DNA from: Stylophora pistillata
Taxonomy: Eukaryota
Direction of reading: 5' to 3'
Assembly (NCBI RefSeq): GCF_002571385.2
Contig: NW_019218045.1
Location: 216,663-276,971 of the forward strand
Length of the DNA stretch: 60,309 nucleotides
Positions within the stretch are counted from its first letter, which is position 1, and every line of letters begins with the position of its first letter. Of the stretch, positions 46,256-57,850 are shown one piece after another. The translations under genes and the position numbers were made by a program. Under the pieces are notes generated by a model. The model ran no database searches. It had not been told where the DNA came from and worked only from the letters and a program-made list of their open reading frames with translations.

Positions 46256-49041
46256 TTAATCAAGGGTTGAATTTGATAGCATCTGTGCTCTCTTAAATAT
46301 TGTGGCGTAAACGTCCTCTGTCATAGTTCCTTTATTAAGTACATTATCTCGTAATCGTTTCCGATCATTCCCTGGTGGTTTATACAAAGCCACCACATAC
46401 AAATCATTAGTAGCAACATCCTTGGCGCATCCCATGCCAATTTCTTTCGTTCCTTTCCAGACCAGTTGAGTGAATGCGTCAGTTTGTGGAATTACTCGTG
46501 GATACGAGTAACTGTAATTACGGGATTCGCTATACCAAAGATCAGTTGCCACTGCTCCAGCATCGTTGAATGGAACACCAGTTATTTTTGCCACATTTTC
46601 TCCATAACCCATTGACTCTGCTAATTCTGAGCGTTCTACGGTTCCCCTCATGGCCATATCATATGCCATTTTTTCTGCTTGCGTAGCAAGTACGTCTGAC
46701 CAACGAAGATTAGAAGAGTGGTGTTCTTGACGGTAGTGATTATGAGCTTCAAGCCCTTTCTCAGCAAAAGTCTCGAGATCTAATCAACAAGTGAACAATG
46801 CGGTTAAACCACATACAACGACAGCATCAGACAACATTACAAAGGCACAGGATGATACCAACATAAATACAAAGGCAAAAATGGTTTAATGTTACCTTCC
46901 TTGATGTGCTCTGCTGTGGAGAATTCTTGCTTGTCTTTAGGAGTTCCAATCTCTGTGGCAGACTCAAATAAGACATTGTCTGATGGGCCAAGCGCTTTTG
47001 TCTGAGAACTTGATTTTGTAATTGGTTCAGATGGTGACATTTCCAGGTCTTTTAATGGGTCAAAGAGCGTCTTTTGAGGCTTCCGATATTCTTGCCCAGC
47101 CCCTCTGGTTGAAGCGGACAGTTCTACTGAGTTCGCTTTCCCATGGACAGGAATATCTTGTATAAACTGAGACTTTATCGTGGGCTCAACATAATGTAAA
47201 GAAACTGGATCTTTTTTAATGGCTCTTACACTTCCAGTTCTTGTATACGGTACGTTTTGAAGGTTTATATGTTGATTCTCTTCTCTTGGGGTTAAATCAG
47301 TAGGATAATTTATCACGTGCTTGCCCTGCAGACTTTTGATACTGGATTGTACTGCTTGCAATAACTTCTTGACAGCTTCAGCGAATGCAGCTGTAGTTTG
47401 TGCGGCAGACTGAGGCTTTCTGTTTGTGCGGTAATTATTATTTAGTTTCTCAGCTGTCCCTTTTAATGAAGGTAGGATCCTCACGCTGTAACCAACCTTG
47501 GTGGTTGGCCGCACTTTAGAGTCGCTCGCAAAACTTTTATTCTTTGTTTCTTTTGAGGGTTCTCCTATATCTTTATCAAGGGCTTCCTTAGACGAAGGCT
47601 GAGCATCGTTAAGTTTCCCTAAAGTATCCACGATACCTGCCGGCTTTTTCTCAGATTCAGTCTCATTGTCCACGTCTGTCTCCTTTTCTTGAAGAGGTTC
47701 ATCAGACAAATCTGCATTAGGCAGCAGTGATTCTCCTGATTTTGGAATTTTTAAAAGAACCCACGATTTTCGATTCCCTTGAACGTCTACCACCTTTTTT
47801 GAGGGCCACAAACTGTCAGGTACCCTCGACAACGATATTCCCTTTGTAAATTTGGGATCATCGTGCATTTTTCGTAAGTAATTTTTTAGCTCTTCCTTGG
47901 CCATAGACTTGATAAGATCGCTAACGGCTTTTGCCAGGGCAAAGGAAAATGACTTTTTGTGATGTTTCCTCGTTCTTATCATTGCATTTCCTTTATCGAG
48001 CTCTTTTGTCTGAGGTAAAAGTTTTATTCGTGAACTGGAATCAGTTGGATTATACCGGAGCAAAGGTTTGTATGTGGGTTTGGTTACAAGGTGTGCCTTG
48101 CGCCCAAACAATAGTCTTAATATTGAGATTCCCAACTCTGTGGGATTGATAAGCTCGGTATGTATAGTAGACTTCCGCTCTCCAGATGCACTGTTCCGAA
48201 GCGATGAAGTGTTCAAAAGACGTAATAGTTTGCTTCCAAAATCAAGAGGAAGCTCAGCTTTAGAGTTTTGAGGATCAGAACCAACAGATTCGTGCTCTTG
48301 ATTTACAGTGTTGTCATTGTCGAGAAGCACTTTAGCCAGAGACAAGGCATTGGAGTCTTTTACAAAATGATTCTTTTCGTTTAGTAACAGCCCTAATGCA
48401 GTGACGAGAGTGCGGGAAATGGGAATTGCGTGTTCAGGCTGCGATCTGCCTCCTGAAGCTGAAGGCAACATTATTGAAGTTCTTTTCTGGGTGCTTTTCG
48501 CTGTTGATGTAGCCCGTATTGCAAGTCTTGTTTTTGATTTTGGATGGATTTTCTTTGTGATTTTGCGCTTCTTGTTTGTTACTTTCTTCTTAAGGTTTCT
48601 AACGTCTCCAACGAAAGATGACAAAGCCAGTTCCTTTACTAAAATTTCATTCTTTGCTATTTCATCTTTTTTTAAAGGGGGAGAAAACCCTCTCTTTCGA
48701 GATGTATCTTTCTTCTCCATTTCAACGATTCTTTTCCAGTCTCGAAGGTGAGCTGATGTCCGCCTGACGAAATCAGGTGAGTTCTTCTCTCTCCAGAACG
48801 CATGGTGTTTGGAGTTGTGCTTATGACACAGGCCTACACAAGTAACACAATTAGACGTTATGCACTCAGATAGTTATCTGCTTGATATTGGCAATAATCA
48901 TTTGTACTGAAGTTTCTAAAGTTCAATTGGTTTCATTTCAATCTTTGAGTATTTTTAGTACTCTTGGATTATCTTACCTAGGTGGAAGGCGTTAGGAACG
49001 AAGGTTAATGAAAGGACCAGGACCAATAACTTTTCATTCAT
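46256..49041 (-). CDS. Secreted CAP protein, paralog D, with large Lys/Arg/Ser-rich region
   Basis: Exons 48978-49041 (MNEKLLVLVLSLTFVPNAFHLG signal), 46896-48833 (646 codons), 46256-46779 (GLEAHNHYRQEH...GENVA...WYSE...AFTQLVW...VVALYKPPGN). Phase 1 introns. Confidence 0.85.
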
Positions 49042-50871
49042 TTGTTCATCAGACTTGAAACGCTGTAAGAGCAGAGGAAAATGCTTCTGCTAAGTGAAAA
49101 CTATCAAAATAAATGATTATGAGAAAAAAGCAAGCCGTTAGAGTATAAACGCAGACTTTAGGGGATTTTTGTTTCATAGCGTTTTAATGAAGTTAGCGTA
49201 AGAGTGAGCCAAAAACAGAATAATAGTAGCTATGATTGTGTGGGAAACCAGGGTAAATGGGTGATTTTATGGCTTTGAATACTCAAGCATTTGTTATGAA
49301 CATTTCAATTTTCAATTCAGGTATATTTTAAAGGCCACCTTAGGTGAATAGGCAAAATAGATCATGACAACATTAATCGTCTTTGAAAGCTACATTTCAC
49401 TAAATGTACTCCGAAACAGCAGTCAAAAGATGTTAAGAGACGACCCCGATAGAGTCTTTTCATGTTTTAGCGCGGCCCTTATCTCCCCGCCATAATAATG
49501 ACATTAAAGCTCACCAAGCAAATAACCATACCTGTTCTTACTCATTATTATTCATATCTGTGTCTGTGATTGCTTCCTTTTCAATCCAAGATACGAAGTT
49601 CCAAGCAAGAAATACCATCAATCGAAAAGTCGATCAGATGCGTTTTGTTCGCAAAACCATGTTGATCTTTCCCATGATCTGGAGAGAAGGGAATTATGGC
49701 ATATGGCCAAAAATATACTATGACTCACTTCTGTCCACAATCGAGGAACAAAATAGTACGATTAGTCATTTGACCGTGATAATAAAAGTGAGACTGGTGT
49801 CTGTTTTGTTTAGACTATCTACCTCTCCCCGAAGTGCTATTTGATGACTCAATCAACCTGCCAATTCACTTGACGCTTCAAAGGCTCTGCTATTCAAACC
49901 AAGCGAAAAAAACAGTGTAGAATAGAAGGTAAAATACGAAGATAACTCTTATGAAGGGTTCTCGCGATTCACGGCTGATGATCTCACAGCGACCGTGTTA
50001 TCTCATTTTCATATAATGGTGATAATGATAACAACAATAATGACAATTGGGATACAAGTGATTAAAAACATTTTATGTTGTTACTCTATTATAGCAAGTG
50101 GTGATGGCCACACCTCTCTTGATCAAACTTTACGTGAGTTTCAAATTCATCTTCCCTTTTTTCGATGACCCGTTGTTTTGTTTTCTTTGATTATTTATTT
50201 TCTCACAATATAACCTCAACCCATGAGTTTCAACAGCACTTTACCATTTGCATTAAGCTGATGCTTCATTCAGTATGAAAGTTTGGGATCCGTGCCCTCT
50301 AATGAAAGATAACTTCCTTTAAAGTCGAGATTCGGGTGAACATCTCAGACCACACAATTTCTTTGAGACTAGACCATCTTTCTTTTGGATAATTTAACAT
50401 CAGATGCGTAGTCTGCCTCAATCGTTTACGACTTAAGTTTCAGGAAAGTCAATTCAAAGAAATGAAATAAATATCATTCTAATTGGTTTGGTTTCCTCAG
50501 CATTTTATCCAAAATTCAACGATATCACAAACATTGCCGTTAATTTTATTTGCATATCCTTTGTTCAATGGTTGAAATTGTGAGATTGCATATCTTGCTA
50601 ACAAACAAAAGCACCCCGACACATTCGCAGCCTGTTATTGTTTTGCTCTCACTTTTTTAAGTGCGAAAATTGCAAATTGCATATACTGGGCCCCTACAAT
50701 GGAGAGGCATTTTAATTTGGATAGTGCGTATGCTGATAACAACTTTACTTTTAAATCCGCCCCAATCTTTACTTCTTATAGCCATCCTTGTTTCTTAGAG
50801 CAAGTTAAGAAACTGATTCGGTTTCAAGATAAAGTTCATTTTGAGACAGGCGGCTCAAAATATTTTGCGTA

Positions 50872-51824
50872 AGAACATAGCTAGCAGAGTCGCGCAATTA
50901 AATTCATTATACGTGAGCGTGCTCAAAATCCCGATAGTGCACGCTGAAAGCGTCAGCAAATCCGACTTCGCCAGAAGTTTTTTTTTCGCGCGAGCGGCCA
51001 TTGTTAGCGCGGTGAAAAATAATATATTTCGCGACAATAATGGATACAAATAGAAACTCGGCCTACTAGTCCGGAAACGAAGACAATGTTTCGACCTTTT
51101 CCCTTGGGCTAGAGCTCTTAAATGAGGCAGAAAGAGAGAAAAACAAAGGAAAAGGGGACTCGGAAACAGCGCCGTCACGATTCGCTTCAACTGATATTGT
51201 TGTCCGTTTTTCGCGTCGGATTTGATGCACAATTCCACCGGCTATGTTCTAAAACAATTGGTTCATGCTTTCAGCTGTGCACTATCGAGTTATGGAGCAC
51301 GTGGGAAGTTTGGAGAGCACTCAAGAAGCTAGAGTTTCCCTCGGCTNTTAGAACATAGCTAGCAGAGTCGCGCAATTAAATTCATTATACGTGAGCGTGC
51401 TCAAAATCCCGATAGTGCACGCTGATAGCGTCAGCAAATCCGACTTCGCCAGAACTTTTTTTTTCGCGCGAGCGGCCATTGTTAGCGCGGGGAAAAATAA
51501 TATATTTCGCGACAATAATGGATACAAACAGAAACTCGGCCTACTAGTCCGAAAACGAAGACAATGTTTCGACCTTTTCCCTTGGGCTAGAGCTCTTAAA
51601 TGAGGCAGAAAGAGAGAAAAACAAAGGAAAAGGAGACTCGGAAACAGCGCCGTCACGATTCGCTTCAACTGATATTGTTGTCCGTTTTTCGCGTCGGATT
51701 TGATGCACAATTCCACCGGCTATGTTCTAAAACAATTGGTTCATGCTTTCAGCTGTGCACTATCGAGTTATGGAGCACGTGGGAAGTTTGGAGAGCATTT
51801 AAGAAGCTAGAGTTTCCCTCGGCT
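50872..51824. repeat. ~475-bp near-identical tandem duplication across a single N (probable haplotype/assembly overlap)
   Basis: 50872-51346 vs 51350-51824 differ by only a handful of substitutions. n at 51347. Confidence 0.85.
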
Positions 51825-51920
51825 ATCGCCTCGGGCAACTCTTACGCTTCTTTCGTGCTCTCCAAACTTCCCGCGTGCTCCATAACTCGATAGTGCACGC
51901 TAAAGCATGAACCAATTGTT
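51731..51920. mobile_element. Palindromic MITE (arms ~90 bp)
   Basis: aacaattggttcatgcttt...gtgcactatcgagttatggagcacg...cgtgctccataactcgatagtgcac...aaagcatgaaccaattgtt. Confidence 0.8.
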
Positions 51921-52136
51921 AACTAACGCTAACATAAAGATTAGGACTATGCTTGAAAACAGAAAAATTGCATCTTGTTTCGAAACAAAATAAAATATCT
52001 CCCCTTGACTTCTTTTACACCTGAAAACAGCATTATATCTTAGGGTCTCGCTATCAACGTGGCTTATCACGACTTTTGTGAGGAGCCATGGTTCTGAAAG
52101 AGCTACCAATCAGTTCTTTGAGGTTTCTGTAATTCT

Positions 52137-52441
52137 GTAGCCGCTAAAACCGCAAAGGCTACGGCCTTGGTGTTTGAGGGCAAAGAGCACACCCATTGCG
52201 GTGACATTCTTTCGTTTGGCATGTTTGGTGTAGGTGACAGCATCACAAATTATTTTTCTCCAAGCAAACTCTAAGGTCTCCTCGGATCTCTTCTTATAAA
52301 AGCACAAGAAGTACAGTTAAACCGCTCTGCCCATGGGATTACTGGCTTGGTGATTCCCTAGATGTTGTCTCGTAGAATCTTTCCATGATAATAGGTGGCT
52401 CCTTTTCCTAACCCTTTACCTCCTTCACCGCATCCAGACGT
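52137..52441 (-). pseudogene. Histone H4 pseudogene (orphon)
   Basis: [34 protein letters not shown]...(frameshift)...[37 protein letters not shown] aligns end to end with H4. ATG changed to ACG, internal stop, terminal stop lost. Degenerate 3' stem-loop agctctttcagaacc at 52090-52104. Confidence 0.93.
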
Positions 52442-52587
52442 GATTTTCGTTTCTTGTTACCGTTGTTCTTGTCGCTTTTTATTTAGTAATCAAGCTTTCT
52501 AATGTGGATAATGTACCAGATACAGAGAAATTGTCGGCCCTGGACAAATCCTGTGATGTGTGGCTTGAGCTCTCTCTAGAAGCTTAA

Positions 52588-53001
52588 ACACGAAGGTGCG
52601 CTATATAAGGAAGTCTTCCCTGGGAAGACCTAGACTCATTTGTGACTCACCGTTGCGGGTCAAAGTTAAATGGTGGTAGACGAAGAAAAGGAGCTAATGA
52701 GATATCTATTGTTTACTTCCACCAGCATGGTGGCATGAGGTAACGTGCGAACCGCCTACTTCGATCTCAAATTTACCGCCACGAATAAAAACAGTCTTCA
52801 TTGGAGAAAGGAAATACAAATCTCAAAAATTCTTGTATTGTGATGAAGACAAAATAATTTTGAGGAATGCGCCCGCTGTTCACTGCTTTGGAGTAGCTGT
52901 AGCTCAAGCTGACTTGACTCTAAGAGTTCTACATCACACGACGGTTGATTGACAAATGGTCCAGTGGGACCTAAGGCTCCTCTTATAGCGCGCCTTCGTG
53001 T
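52588..53001. mobile_element. MITE flanked by TTAA
   Basis: ttaa-acacgaaggtgcgctata ... tatagcgcgccttcgtgt-ttaa imperfect TIRs. Confidence 0.55.
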
Positions 53002-53185
53002 TTAACATTGGATAAAATATATCCTGTCATGATAATTGACAGCCTGAGCATACACTCCTGCTTCTTAATAATGTCTTAATAATGTCTTAATAATGTTATT
53101 ATCAATTTGAATTATTTGTTTCAGTTGTTTGGTGAAAAACCTGTAAACTAGCTTCTAGCTAAGTGTTTCTCCACGTTATAAACTG

Positions 53186-53186
<1 letters not shown>

Positions 53187-53221
<35 letters not shown>
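53187..53221. repeat. (TTA)n microsatellite
   Basis: Directly visible, ~11 units. Confidence 0.95.
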
Positions 53222-53224
<3 letters not shown>

Positions 53225-53474
53225 CTAAAACCAAACTGAACTCTACTGAAGGTTGGTAAGAAATCACCTATAGGAAAATTACGTCACGGTACATGTGTAA
53301 TCAATCATTCGAGATGGCTACGCGTAAAATCTGCGTCAATCGTTTACGACCTGCTCTTAAACTTAGATACAAAAGTATTTTTCGATCAAGATGGAGTGAC
53401 TCCCAACCCAAAAATGAAACATGTCCAATGGAAAAACAAGTTGCCAACCTTTGGAACATTTGTAAAGTTGCATA

Positions 53475-53640
53475 GAAACAAATCTCGAGCAACATTAACC
53501 TGCTGGAGAACCAAAAGACGGCATCGCTAGGAACAGCACACAAGCTGCGAAAGGTTCTATCCGCCAAGTAAGAAGAATGTAAATCCCTCTCAGGCAATGG
53601 TTTGGTCACGGTCTCGGCCCCGGATGGAGGAAAAATGATG
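53475..53640 (+). mobile_element. Short 3' fragment of an R4/Dong-like non-LTR retrotransposon
   Basis: QISSNINLLENQKTASLGTAHKLRKVLSAK* resembles the QKTALLGTAHILRKVL C-terminus of restriction-like-endonuclease LINEs. Confidence 0.5.
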
Positions 53641-53699
53641 TGGAGAAGGGATAGGCAAACAACATCTACATGCAATGCGTGTTTATTAAGTCAAGTGAT

Positions 53700-54240
53700 C
53701 GAATACAAATAGTAACTTCCATGTGATTACAGCATTAAATAACTCTCCGATTAACGTTCCCTTCTAGCCCTCCGAATGCGAGCCTCGAAGGCCACAGGCA
53801 TAGTGATGATATATGGGCAGTATCTGACGGGGGAGCTGACTGCTAAAAGCCCATAGCTAGAAGAATTACTGTTGGAGCTTTCTCCATTTCTTTGCTTGGG
53901 CGATTTCCTCTTTGGTTCCAAGGAGCTCCAGAAGTAGGTGTTGAATAACTAGGCTACTGGAAAAGCCCCTGGTTTGTTTTAGGGTAGCATTGTATCCCGA
54001 GCGATGTAGGACAAATACTCTAGGGCTACCATTGCCGCATGGACATCAAACACACCAGAAAAACGGGAAAATTTGTCGCGGATGCTGGAGGGACTGGGCA
54101 ACAGTGTTCAGGGAGATTTTGCCCTTCATCGCTTCTATCTCTCTTTTGACCTCGTCTACCACGTCCAAGGGTGTCTGAGAAAGTGTGTGAAAGGGGAGTT
54201 TTTTTCTAGCGGTGAGTCGGCACGAGTACAAACAAACTCC
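53700..54240 (-). pseudogene. Degenerate gag-like ORF remnant (possibly DIRS-like retroelement)
   Basis: Frameshifted DEVKREIEAMK...TVAQSLQH...GVFDVHAAMVALEYL..AR, followed by an RG-rich stretch. Recognised from memory only. Confidence 0.3.
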
Positions 54241-54762
54241 TTAAAATCGAATACCTTTTTCCGGCAAACCTTAGAAAATTGATATCTTGTAACAACTAAC
54301 AAATACACAAGAGGCTGACAAAAAAAAAAATAAACAGGAGGAGAAGGTAAAGAGAACTGTGTCGCACGAAGTCTACAGACAAATGTAAGATTTAAGCTGA
54401 AACCAGCTTGCAAATTAAGATTTCTTGGCTATAATCACCCCTAAAATTAATCGCCAAAAGGTGTAAACACGAGTCTTGGTATTCGCTCCACTAGGCATAG
54501 ACGTTGCGAAGCGCCAGCATAATTCCAATGAATGCTTGGGGCGTTACACGAACGCTTTGAGTCGCCAACATATAATGGTTCAAAATCAAATCAAATCAAT
54601 ACTTTATTTACCCAGGCACGTAGCGTCAAGGAGCTCGCAAAGCTCGTAATACCTCGTAGAGGTTCGTTGCATTATACCCATTAAACCACCTTAGCCGTCG
54701 AACACAAAAGTAACGGCGCCAAAAACCTGCCTTAACTCTGTCAAGCAAAGGCGCTACGCAGT

Positions 54763-55400
54763 GCCAACATAACTTCACTCTCCGCTGGGTACGTTACACA
54801 GCCGCCCTATGACGCCAACATAAGTTCCTCTTATGTATACGTAACACAAACGCCAAAAGACACCAACGTAATTTCCTCTTTGGAATACGTTACACAAACG
54901 CCATGGGGCATCAACGTAATTTTCTCTTTTGGATTCGTTACATAAACGTAATGGAGCGCCAACATAATTTTCTTTTTTGGATACGTAACAAAAAACGCCA
55001 TGAGGCGCCAACGTAATCTTCAATTCTGGATACGTTACACAAACGCCAAGGGGCGCCAACGTAATCTTCACCTCTGGAAACGTTACACAAACGCCATGAG
55101 ACGCCAGCATAATGTTCTCTTCTAGATAAGTTACATAAACGCCATGGGGCGCCAACGTAATCTTCACCTCTGGATACGTTACACAAACGCCACGGGTCGC
55201 CAACGTAGTTTTCTCTTCTGGATACGTTGCACCAACGCCAGGGATCGCCGACGTAATTTTCTCTTCTGGATACGTTGCACCAGCGCCTGGGACGCCAACG
55301 TGATTTTCTCTTCTGGATACGTTACATCAACGCCAGGGGTCCCAAGCGTAATTTTCTCTTCTGCATACGGTACACAAACGCCATGCAGGGTCAACGTAAT
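54763..55400. repeat. 48-bp minisatellite, ~13-14 diverged copies
   Basis: Unit ~gccaacgtaatcttcacctctggatacgttacacaaacgccatggggc. More degenerate copies at ~54513-54570 and ~55450-55570. Confidence 0.9.
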
Positions 55401-57117
55401 TAAACTTTGTACAAATATCATCTTATGTACGTTTCACAGACACTATGAAGCGCCAATGAAAGATAAGCGGTTGGGTTCTAGGAAAGGTACGTAAATAAGG
55501 CCTGAGTTCCCCCTCTCCTTTTACGTTGCACAAATACCTGAAAGCGCCAACGTGAATAATTTCCCTACAAAGGAAAGCGTTGAGTCAAAAATACCAAATC
55601 AAATCCACACGTGTGTGCTAAAATGAGTATGAATCAGGAAGGGGACAAATGTAAACGTAAAAACACGGTACTCTGCGGGTGATGTTTGCCGTTTACCGGG
55701 GCGATAACGGCGACAACGACGAGTTCGGGTTCCGCCGGGACGTAAGACATAAAAAGAAACCTTCAGCGGTGCTGGCTGTATTTCAGGAGAACGAAATTTG
55801 CAGACTGTGGCGTCAGTAGACTTGCGAGAAGAGAGAGATTTTGTATGCAACGGCGTATAAAATGTCTTGAGAATTTCCCTGAGGACCTCTACGGCCCAGA
55901 GCATTTCTGCCGCGAGAGTGCGTAATTATCCGATTTACAAATTCTGCATGCGGCGCCTTTTACGCGGGTGAGAATAGAGCTTCTAACGAGTACAAAGGTT
56001 TATGAGGAATTGATTTCAATCTTCTGCAATAGTCTCTGTAATAAGGCGGTGATATGATTAATTTTTTTTGTCACTACGTCATCTTAGTAGATCACTGTAC
56101 ACCTTAAGTATTGATTTATCTGTAGAAGAAGCAGGTTGCAAATCAAAACTAACCACATGTTGGAGACAGCTACTAAAACACATATCCCTAATATCATAGA
56201 AACATTTATTGTTGTTCGTTGATGCTAAAGTCATGATTATTCACGAGGAAGAAGAATATTCAGTATAAGTTTGTTACCAGCTACAAGCAAAACCCATCGG
56301 TCTACATTATTTGCGAGATGGTGGCTCTATCTATTACTTCCTTTTGATCCTGATTATGAAATGTCTACACAATGTCATCTATATAAACCCCATTCAATCT
56401 TGGTTCGTTAATTTGACTAATCCTCAGTGAGCTGCCAGATTTCAAGCGATTCGTCCACTAATTAAACTATGACTATCTTGTTTCCTCTCTGTGTGCGGTT
56501 ATCAGTAGCAGCACCTTTACCGGGAGAATATTTCACATCTGTTTCAATCAAGTTGAAGCCCTTTGACTAGAAAAACAAGGAAAAAACAATACAGCATGCC
56601 ACAAGCCTTGTCAAAATTTGTTGTAAAAGCAAGAGAGTGATTTGGCATCTACACACGTTATTCTGCTCGACTGTACGCGAGCTTCGAGTAACTACGTACA
56701 TTTTCGAATTGAAAAGAATAAACGAATGAACTGAAATAATAACTCAACATACACAAGAGAACAACAAAGTAAGCGGGAGCGGACACTGACAGAAATAAAA
56801 AACAAATGATCGAATGAAAGAAGAGAGGAAGGAAGGAAGGAACAATAGAAGGAAAACGAGGAGCATACAAAGGTACGAAAAGAGGTAAGAAGCCTGCTCC
56901 TACTGAAGACTAACCAATAAAATTAGAAAGCAGCCTACCTTTCCAGACGTTATTTCAGCATTTACCAGCTGAACTCCGTCCACTACTGGCAAAGGAAAGC
57001 CAACGTCACCAATTTCTAAAAGGTAAGAAAACAAGCAATAAGAAAACACCAACCTGACAATAAATGTTGCAGTGGTTAAAACTGTAATTTATAAACAAGA
57101 TTAACTTTGAAAGAGAA

Positions 57118-57850
57118 GGTTACATAGGTTACATAGGTTAGTTGACCACTTCCCATAAGGGATTTTCAGGGCCAACACCCACCCATCCCACCGCAATGAT
57201 ACTATAGAGGATGGTATCATCAGCAAATAATCGTATAGCAGAATTGCAGTTATCCCCAATATCATTTATATAGAGAAGAAACATTAGGGGATCTAGGACT
57301 GTCCCCTGGGGAACACCAGATGACACATGGACTGCAGGAGAAGATACTCCATCTACTACAACAGATTGTTCTCTACATGTTAGCCAAGTAGTAATCCAGC
57401 TTTTGAGATTACCCCTTGTTCCATAATAGTCAAGTTTACTAATTAATCTCTGATGTGGGACAGTATCAAATGCCTTGGGGAAATCCATAATGATTAGATC
57501 TGATTGATTTCCATCGTCAAGGGCTCTTCCAATTTTCTCTATTGTTGTGACTAGCTGGGTTTCACAGGAGAGTTTCCTACGAAAGCCATGTTGAGATTTA
57601 ATAAGGATGTTCATTGAGTCTAGATGGGCCATAATATCATGAAAGATTATATGCTCTAGTATTTTACATGGCACAGCTGTCAATGAAATTGGTCGGTAGT
57701 TTGCAGGTTGATGTTTATCACCTTTTTTGAAAACAGGAGTGATATTTGCTTTCAGCCGGTCACCGGGCAGTTGACCAGTAGCTACAGATTGGGTGTAGAG
57801 AAATTGGAGAAAAGGTGCAATTTCAGCAGCCGCTTCTTTTAAAACCCGGC
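57118..57850 (-). mobile_element. CR1-group LINE fragment: RT core joined to the 3' tail
   Basis: KANITPVFKKGDK..ANYRPISLT...QHGFR...DFPKAFDTVPH...SGVPQGTVLDPLMFLLYIND...LFADDT. It then jumps directly to a 3' end with (cctatgtaa)n, indicating an internal deletion. Confidence 0.9.

Noticed and set aside
50872-51824. Real tandem gene duplication (twin ORFs 50855-51238 and 51348-51716)
   Set aside because: The copies abut a single N and differ at allele-like levels, and the ORFs have no recognisable features. Likely a haplotig overlap.
54763-55400. CRISPR-like array
   Set aside because: The whole 48-bp unit is repeated with no unique spacers, there are no cas genes, and the context is eukaryotic.
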